Source: an uncultured virus (IMG/VR IMGVR_UViG_3300028764_000001)
Taxonomy: Duplodnaviria; Heunggongvirae; Uroviricota; Caudoviricetes
DNA: 64,000 nucleotides
Strand: one strand, 5' to 3'
IMG/VR virus record: IMGVR_UViG_3300028764_000001
In this document: positions 39,530 to 46,076 of the stretch, in pieces
Layout of the letters: each line of letters starts with the position of its first letter
How positions within the stretch are numbered: position 1 is the stretch's first letter
The notes under the pieces: generated by a model
What the model was told of the DNA's origin: nothing
Seen by the model: the letters and a program-made list of their open reading frames with translations, nothing else
Database searches by the model: none
Position numbers and translations under genes: made by a program

Positions 39530-39790
39530 GTGTTAGGCCTTCAGCATCTGGCCTTATAGAACTCAGGATGAGGGGCCTTATTGAATCCATTGATGGCCTT
39601 TTTCTAAAAGCCACCGGCTACGAGGGCCCAGCGGTAAAGATTAGGCCCTATTGGGATTTAAAGCTTTCTCCATCTATGGCCCTGCCCAGGCATAAGGAGC
39701 ATGGGATTTAGGGGATAAAGTATAGGCCTTAGATGGATAGAGATAAGGTACCTAAACCTTTCAAAGCCAGGAGCTAAGGCATCGTAACCA
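39530..39790. repeat. Non-coding GGCC array 3 (8 sites)
   Basis: GGCC at 39536, 39550, 39574, 39595, 39625, 39644, 39678, 39725. Confidence 0.85.
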
Positions 39791-40015
39791 CAACGCATTT
39801 CCCAATATGCATGTAATAAAAATATGTCATTTTTTAATGTCATTTTGTTGTATTCTTTTAACTATTACATTAATGTTTTTTAACTGTCAAAATAATTTAT
39901 ATTTAAAAAAATAAACTACTTTTGAAATGTCAAACGGACAAAGATTTTTCTTTTTTACTTTGTACTGATTACAAAAACGCTCTTTGAATTTTTTTATTTA
40001 TTTTTTATCAAAAAA

Positions 40016-40046
40016 ATATCTATTAAAAAGAAAAACTATATATTTG
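40016..40046 (+). promoter_or_regulatory. Bacteroidetes sigma-A-type promoter
   Basis: TATATTTG at 40039-40046. Confidence 0.7.
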
Positions 40047-40082
40047 ATTTTTTATAAAACAACAATCTAAATTTAAAAAAAA

Positions 40083-40598
40083 ATGACTACATTAAGCAGT
40101 GACTCAAAAAACGTTATTAATGCAAATAACGAAATTTCAAAAGCAATTGAAACAAGTTTAAAAAAATCTACTAATAAAGTAGAGAAAAAAGAAGTTGTAA
40201 AAAAAGATTTGAAAAAAGAAGCTACAACAACAAAAGCAAATGAGTATTTGCTTTCTATGCTAGATAAAAGTTTATTTGTTTCTAATTCGGGAATGAGTAA
40301 AGAAAATATTTATAAAGCTTCTATTTTTGCAACATGCATTACTGACAGAGATAAAAAAACAATCCGTAGAAAAATACGCAATAATATGGATAGTTTTATT
40401 AGTTCTTTTATTTCGTATGAAACAAATAAAAATACTGATAAAATTAAAAAACTATTGACTGCATTTAAAGACTTTTACACAAATGTATATTCTTTAAATG
40501 ATTATTCATTAAATAGTTTAATTAGTGCGAACACTGATACTGTAAAAAAGGATAATGTTATTAAAATGCTTTCAATTATCAAAAAGTATGACAAATAG
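40083..40598 (+). CDS. Basic early protein, paralog of 32069..32575
   Basis: LDKSLF...ENIY...RRKIRNNMDSFISSFI...VYSLNDY...KMLSIIK. Confidence 0.85.
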   Translation: MTTLSSDSKNVINANNEISKAIETSLKKSTNKVEKKEVVKKDLKKEATTTKANEYLLSMLDKSLFVSNSGMSKENIYKASIFATCITDRDKKTIRRKIRNNMDSFISSFISYETNKNTDKIKKLLTAFKDFYTNVYSLNDYSLNSLISANTDTVKKDNVIKMLSIIKKYDK

Positions 40599-40610
40599 TT
40601 TTATCATTCA

Positions 40611-40651
40611 AATAACAACATACATAGTGTATGTTGTTATTATTTCTTTTT
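40611..40651 (+). terminator. Intrinsic terminator built without GG/CC
   Basis: aataacaacatac-atagt-gtatgttgttatt followed by atttcttttt. Confidence 0.75.
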
Positions 40652-40694
40652 ATCTAATTAATTTAGTAGTTAAGCATTTTAATAATAAAAAAGC

Positions 40695-40952
40695 ATGAAT
40701 ATAAATAATGATATTAATTTAGAACAACATTCAATATATAAAGATTTTGTTAAACAATATAATATTACATTGCTATCTTTTTATATTGATTTGAATTGTA
40801 GTGTAATGTTATTTAGTTATGATAATTTAGATATAAAATATCAATTGAATAAAGATTTATTCATACATGAAATATCTATTTATTTTGATTGTTTAGATAT
40901 TGAATTGATAAATATTTGTAGTGATAAATTCTTATTATCAATTGAATTTTAA
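40695..40952 (+). CDS. Hypothetical protein lacking Gly, Pro and Trp
   Basis: 85-aa ORF with no GG or CC dinucleotide. Confidence 0.6.
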   Translation: MNINNDINLEQHSIYKDFVKQYNITLLSFYIDLNCSVMLFSYDNLDIKYQLNKDLFIHEISIYFDCLDIELINICSDKFLLSIEF

Positions 40953-40972
40953 ATTATTATTAAATCAATTTT

Positions 40973-41030
40973 AAAGTACATTTAAAGGACTATTATTAAT
41001 GTCCCCTATAAATGTACTTTAATTTTTTTT
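40973..41030 (+). terminator. Intrinsic terminator-like hairpin
   Basis: aaagtacattta...taaatgtacttt followed by aatttttttt. Confidence 0.7.
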
Positions 41031-41201
41031 ATATGCAAACACCGTCCCCCTATTCCACACAGAGATCCCACACTGCCTCGTATAAGGTTCGAACCCATTA
41101 GGTGATACCCTCCCAATGATTACCTTCCCACTATCCTACCAAGCCCACTTCCCATAAAAAATATCCAGCACTTTTCATCCCTCGTATAAGCTCTCTTACC
41201 T

Positions 41202-41244
41202 CACACAAAAAAGGTAGAGTTAACTTCCCAGTCTACCCTACCTT
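41202..41244 (-). terminator. Minus-strand terminator with TTTTTTGTGTG tail
   Basis: The reverse complement reads aaggtagggtagact-ggga-agttaactctacctt followed by ttttgtgtg. Confidence 0.75.
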
Positions 41245-41299
41245 ATAAAATCAATCCAGATCTTTTACTCAACCGTTGTTCAAATAATATTCAAAAAAA

Positions 41300-41545
41300 T
41301 CAAATTATGCGGGGTTTCCTAAACCCTTTGGATATTAATATAGTCAATATCATTCCCACCAATATAACCTCTAGCAAAGGAGAGAATACCCAAATAGTAA
41401 TCAAGGATAACATACTCAATGTATCTTGCTTTATCCCCTTTCTCCTTACTCCCCCATCCATAAAGAAAAGAAAAGTAACAAATACCAACCCTATAATATA
41501 GCCTAACCATAGGCATATCATACCAAACGTATATAGAGCTCCCAT
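41300..41545 (-). CDS. Small membrane protein (2 TM)
   Basis: Two hydrophobic helices; start overlaps the upstream stop. Confidence 0.6.
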   Translation of the reverse strand: MGALYTFGMICLWLGYIIGLVFVTFLFFMDGGVRRKGIKQDTLSMLSLITIWVFSPLLEVILVGMILTILISKGFRKPRII

Positions 41546-42087
41546 TATACTAAGGATTGTTCTATGAGTTTAACTAATAACTTTGCTCTAGAGGTTACCT
41601 CAGTCTTCCCATGGGCACTAGTGTGAGATGAGTAATCACCCTGTCCTGGTTTAATACCTCGGTAGTAGGTACATTCCTCTTTGGTAAGGATCTCATGTAC
41701 CTGGGTCTTTTCATATACATTTGAACCATCATCCCCAAAGGTTAATTTCTCTGGTAACATTTCCCATAGTTCCCCTGAGGTATATGCAGGGATTAAAGGG
41801 ATATCCTCATACCAATCACTTTCATCTACCATACACCATACCTCTTTGGTATTAGGTTCTAGGAAGTATTCATGCTTTTCAGTAGGACTAAGTTCCTTAA
41901 CCCTCCAGAAGTTAGCTGGCATAAAATTGTTGAACTTCCCTGAACCATATATCTTCATACATAATTCTGGATTTAAAATACCCTGTTCTAATCCCATAGT
42001 AGGGGTAGCCAATTGGTCATAATCTAAGGTTTCATCTGGCTTGTATGCCGATAGATGAAACCTTACTGGTTTTGTTTTAGCTTCCAT
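41545..42087 (-). CDS. Hypothetical protein
   Basis: IPAYTSGELWEMLPEKL...SRAKLLVKL pattern; 180 aa. Confidence 0.75.
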   Translation of the reverse strand: MEAKTKPVRFHLSAYKPDETLDYDQLATPTMGLEQGILNPELCMKIYGSGKFNNFMPANFWRVKELSPTEKHEYFLEPNTKEVWCMVDESDWYEDIPLIPAYTSGELWEMLPEKLTFGDDGSNVYEKTQVHEILTKEECTYYRGIKPGQGDYSSHTSAHGKTEVTSRAKLLVKLIEQSLV

Positions 42088-42181
42088 AAGAATAAGTTTA
42101 TTAATTAGTAATACAATTTAATTATAAGACAAAGAAAATTACTAGAACACTATTTAGATTATGCAGGATTTACCCTTTTAT

Positions 42182-42649
42182 TCAATCTGGCATATCTATT
42201 TTTCTATAATGGGTAACCAATGAATCTGATATACCCCACCTTTCCGGCCCCCAAGTAAGGAATACCATACAATTAGAGGTTTTAGTTACAAGGTACCTCC
42301 CATAATCATCAGGGTAATGGCCCTTTAACTGAGGTTCATATTCTATCCAATCAGTTTCATGTCTGATTGGGATAGAATAAGCCTCACATTTCTTGTAGTG
42401 GATAGCTTTAGCCATCCCTTGGTTAACTATTAGGTCTAAATCCTTTACCATACCCAAGATTAAGTCATATTGACTCTTCTCATGGAAGTATAAAGGGCCA
42501 TATTTTATAAGAAAGGCCTTATAAGCAGAGGTCAAAGAGAATTTAGGGTCCCTTTTAATGGATTTGTCCACTACTAATACAACTCTTTCTAAGACTGATA
42601 AATGATTATCAGACATTAGGATGGTAGTTATAGCATCTGTTTTATTCAT
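42182..42649 (-). CDS. Hypothetical protein with C-terminal DUF551-like segment
   Basis: DWI...PDDYGRYLVT...VTHYRKIDMP. Confidence 0.6.
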   Translation of the reverse strand: MNKTDAITTILMSDNHLSVLERVVLVVDKSIKRDPKFSLTSAYKAFLIKYGPLYFHEKSQYDLILGMVKDLDLIVNQGMAKAIHYKKCEAYSIPIRHETDWIEYEPQLKGHYPDDYGRYLVTKTSNCMVFLTWGPERWGISDSLVTHYRKIDMPD

Positions 42650-42980
42650 TACCCTTAATCTCTTTAGCCCACTCTTCTAGCCATTGAACTACATTAGTAT
42701 CCTCAGGTGTATCAAATTTAAAACTAAATGTAATAGTTTCAGGATTTTCTAGGCTTAATTCCTTAACTTTAGCTAAATACCAAGCCTCTTTATCCAAATC
42801 CTGCTGAATAAGGCTAAGACTTAAACCTTTTAAGCCAATTCTCATCCTGTATTTAAATGCATTCATTATACAGAAGTCAATGGTACTCTTGTAACCCCAG
42901 ATATTTAACATCATATCAATTACTTCTACTGGGTACTGGTTATAGTGAGATGGGTGATTTACTTGTTCTTCTTTACTCAT
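42642..42980 (-). CDS. DUF3310 protein (T7 gp1.7-like nucleotide kinase family)
   Basis: EQVNHPSHY...EVID...NAFKYRMRIGLK...QDLDKEAWYL. Confidence 0.85.
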   Translation of the reverse strand: MSKEEQVNHPSHYNQYPVEVIDMMLNIWGYKSTIDFCIMNAFKYRMRIGLKGLSLSLIQQDLDKEAWYLAKVKELSLENPETITFSFKFDTPEDTNVVQWLEEWAKEIKGNE

Positions 42981-42982
42981 AA

Positions 42983-43666
42983 TTAAAATGTTGTATCATA
43001 GGTTATATCATCAAATACAATAGGTACCAGTTTCTGGAACTGTCTTAATAATGGGCACATGAGTTCCCTCATCTGTGGATGAGCTACCTTTTGAGCACGT
43101 TGTTTGAAAATAGTTCTCCATTCCCTTAGGTTAGCAGTAATCACTATCTCAGTTTTCAGTGCATTAGGTAATACTGATCTAGCTTCCTGAGCAACCCAAC
43201 CTTCTTTTAATAAATCCAGGTAAACCTGTTCACTGTTAGACATTGAGTGATACCATAATTTGGTAACCCTATCAATCTTCATGTAGTTGTGTTCATTGAG
43301 GATTTTAACTAAGTCAAGTTGTTCATCACTAAGCCAGAATGGCTGGATGAATGTAAGCTCATTACCAAACTTTTCCTTTGCATAATTACAGTACCTTGTA
43401 CTTTCCTGGGAAAATGACGCAATTCGATGACGTACTAATTCATGGGAGATACCCCGGTCACATACAAATAAAACTGAAATTGACTGATGTTCTAGTACTG
43501 ATTCATGGCCAAGTTGTATTAACTTAGCAATAAACTTCTCAGCACTTTCATCAGTAATAAGTTCTTCACTCTTGTAACAGGTTCTTCCTGCACGTTCAAT
43601 GCTCTGTATAATTGTCTTGCCATTAATATCTGACAAGATCTGGGTAGATGGTTTAATTAATTTCAT
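42983..43666 (-). CDS. thyX: Flavin-dependent thymidylate synthase
   Basis: GHESVLEH, RGISHELVRHRIASFSQESTRY, ARSVLP, NLREWR, AHPQMR. Confidence 0.97.
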   Translation of the reverse strand: MKLIKPSTQILSDINGKTIIQSIERAGRTCYKSEELITDESAEKFIAKLIQLGHESVLEHQSISVLFVCDRGISHELVRHRIASFSQESTRYCNYAKEKFGNELTFIQPFWLSDEQLDLVKILNEHNYMKIDRVTKLWYHSMSNSEQVYLDLLKEGWVAQEARSVLPNALKTEIVITANLREWRTIFKQRAQKVAHPQMRELMCPLLRQFQKLVPIVFDDITYDTTF

Positions 43667-43667
43667 G

Positions 43668-44102
43668 TTATGTTATTATTATGTTAAACTTCTTGGATAA
43701 TTTCTTTAGCTTCTTGTAGATTGTCACTGTATCTTCTCTGGCAAGAGAATCAATACCAGTTGATATTGCATTCAACAGTGTTTTCATACTCTGTTTTGCA
43801 ATGCGGTATTGATATTCTTTCTCTACTTCATCACTCCATAATTTATATGTAGCATTAACATTGGTTACACCCAAACGGGTTAATACTCCATTAGAGTGAA
43901 TTATGGCTGATAATTTAACTTGGTTACCAAGCAAGGCTACCTTAGTTTCTCGGTTAACCTCTTTTACAAAAGACTTATCAACTGTATATTGAGTAACGCA
44001 TAATATTTCATCTCCAATACGAAGTAATACTTCCGGAGCTTTTACAAAAGGAATTTTTGGTGTATCCCGTACAACCATAGAGTTTTTCTTCTTCTTTGCC
44101 AT
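43668..44102 (-). CDS. Hypothetical protein
   Basis: 144-aa ORF heading the minus-strand block. Confidence 0.7.
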   Translation of the reverse strand: MAKKKKNSMVVRDTPKIPFVKAPEVLLRIGDEILCVTQYTVDKSFVKEVNRETKVALLGNQVKLSAIIHSNGVLTRLGVTNVNATYKLWSDEVEKEYQYRIAKQSMKTLLNAISTGIDSLAREDTVTIYKKLKKLSKKFNIIIT

Positions 44103-44215
44103 GTTCTAGTTAGTTTATTAATTATATATAACAATATGATCAGGGTAGTACCAACTAGAAAACTATTTGCAATACCACTATGGCCATATATATAATAATA
44201 ACTAACTCATTCTAT

Positions 44216-45259
44216 ATGAATAAACTTAGAGTACTTGGAGTATGCCAAGGGCAAGGTGCGTTACTCTTCCCACTTAGAAAGCACCTAATTGGTAATGTAG
44301 AACCAAGGGGATGTTTCCATACACCAAATGAAGAACAATGGAGGATAAACTTCGGGGATATACCATTTGTACGCAAGATTGATCAACTAAATCTACCCAA
44401 ATATGTTGATATTATAATAGGTTCACCTAACTGTGGTACTAGCAGTATACTATCCTACTCTCGTAAGAAGACCCTGGGCAAACCAAAAGAGGATGAAAGC
44501 ATCAATACCTTCATTACTATAACCCAGCAATTACAACCTAAGGTATTCCTTATGGAAAATCTACCAAAGCTTTTAGACTTCATAACACAAGGAGAATGGG
44601 AAACTCTATTCCTGGATTATGACTTAATCTTCCATACATCTTCAGTAATGGAGTATGGCAATTCCCAAAAGAGTAGGGTAAGGCTTACATTAATAGGTGT
44701 TCGAAAAGGCTTGTCTAGTTTTAAATTAGAAGCATTCCAAAGAGTTTTCAAAGTACGTGATGTTAAGTTTACTAGAGAGCTTCTAGAAGACACTAGGTTA
44801 TTACCTAAATTCTTTCCAATGAATGGAAACATACGGGAATTAAGTTCTCATAAAGTTTGTATGTATGATTATCGAGATGGCCTTAAAACTAAACTGGGCC
44901 TCAAAGAGATAAAGAAATTATGGGTAGGCGATTTTAAGGAGTGTTATAAATGGCCAATCAATTCTGCTAAGATGAAAACCCTACCTGGTGTTTATCGTAA
45001 TAAACCAGATGGGTACCCTATGACTGCTAGAAAACAAGATAGGCAGTTTAAACCAAACGGTGAGATCATGAGCCCAGCTGAATTAGCTGTAATCCAGGGT
45101 TATCCATTGAAGTATAAAATATACTGCATTGATACTGATACTAAGGAAAGGAACTATTGGATTAATAAAGGTAGGGTATCAATCACTAAGGGTCCCTCCT
45201 ATGAAATAGGGTTATGGTTTAAAAAATGTCTACGGAAATCCCTCCTCGCGGGCGTCTAA
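44216..45259 (+). CDS. Divergent DNA cytosine-C5 methyltransferase-fold protein
   Basis: Motif I variant VLGVCQGQGA, IV IIIGSPNCG, VI FLMENLP, VIII QKSRVRLTLIG, IX ELAVIQGYP; motif X is atypical. Start ATG 44216. Confidence 0.8.
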   Translation: MNKLRVLGVCQGQGALLFPLRKHLIGNVEPRGCFHTPNEEQWRINFGDIPFVRKIDQLNLPKYVDIIIGSPNCGTSSILSYSRKKTLGKPKEDESINTFITITQQLQPKVFLMENLPKLLDFITQGEWETLFLDYDLIFHTSSVMEYGNSQKSRVRLTLIGVRKGLSSFKLEAFQRVFKVRDVKFTRELLEDTRLLPKFFPMNGNIRELSSHKVCMYDYRDGLKTKLGLKEIKKLWVGDFKECYKWPINSAKMKTLPGVYRNKPDGYPMTARKQDRQFKPNGEIMSPAELAVIQGYPLKYKIYCIDTDTKERNYWINKGRVSITKGPSYEIGLWFKKCLRKSLLAGV

Positions 45260-45375
45260 TAACTAGCTAATATATATATATAAATATATATAACTAATAA
45301 TAATAATTGGGTATAGGTATATGAGGTACGGTATATAACTTTCGATCTGAAAACAATTTAAAATAAAACAGTGAT

Positions 45376-46074
45376 ATGAAAACAACAATCGGTATTATGG
45401 GGTTAATAATCCTAGTAGTGGTTTATTTTTTATTTGTAACCTTTTCCTCTAACAAAAAACTGAAGGATGAAATTGCTATCAATGAAATTAAAACTGATTC
45501 AATTAAAAAGAGTAAATATATTGAGGTAGCTAAACCTTTTAATGTTTACCTAAAACCTGATAAGGTAATTCAGTATCTTCCAGACCCTACTAATAAAAAC
45601 AGGTATGATAGTTTGAAACTAGCATATAAACAGATACTACTATTAAGTAATACAACAGGTACATCAATTATAACTAACACAGTTCATGATACATTGAGAA
45701 TAGCTAACTCATTCTTGTTACAATATCCAGAAGCTAATAAACTAATTTCATTTGAATTGAGTAAATCTAGGATGGTTTTACAAATGCTTAGGATAGATGG
45801 TATACCAGTTGCTAACATCTACGACCTAAACCTTGACAACTATCAATACAGGTTCTCAGATAATAACATGACCACTAAAAGGATAGGGCAGTTTCATTTA
45901 TACCCTTCTCTGAATTACTCCTACAGAATACTTAACAATCTTCATGACCTCGACTTAGATTTAAATATCAAGACCACTAATTTCATTTATAAAGCAGGTG
46001 CTAATACTTTTTATTACCCTGGCTGGGATAAACTTGGCTATGATATCAAGCTATCCGTACAATATAACTTATAA
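45376..46074 (+). CDS. Membrane-anchored protein, candidate spanin
   Basis: N-terminal TM helix; C-terminal amphipathic beta-strands ending YDIKLSVQYNL. Confidence 0.5.
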   Translation: MKTTIGIMGLIILVVVYFLFVTFSSNKKLKDEIAINEIKTDSIKKSKYIEVAKPFNVYLKPDKVIQYLPDPTNKNRYDSLKLAYKQILLLSNTTGTSIITNTVHDTLRIANSFLLQYPEANKLISFELSKSRMVLQMLRIDGIPVANIYDLNLDNYQYRFSDNNMTTKRIGQFHLYPSLNYSYRILNNLHDLDLDLNIKTTNFIYKAGANTFYYPGWDKLGYDIKLSVQYNL

Positions 46075-46076
46075 GT

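Larger units (their letters stand above)
39790..41040. other. Very AT-rich island with no ACC/GCC/GGT/GGC
   Basis: Read base by base: the last ACC before it is at 39787 and the next is at 41041. The few GG/CC runs present all end in GGA or start with TCC. Confidence 0.85.

Noticed and set aside
37141..39790. CRISPR array or true tandem repeat in the GGCC-rich regions
   Set aside because: Only a 4-6 bp core recurs; there is no constant 25-45 bp repeat and no cas gene.
39496..39843. ORFs 39496..39711 (+) and 39658..39843 (-)
   Set aside because: They overlap a terminator and the GGCC array and lack typical leaders; probably non-coding.
41075..41144. Functional tRNA gene
   Set aside because: It lacks U8, a variable loop, a 7-nt anticodon loop and CCA; kept only as a low-interest finding.
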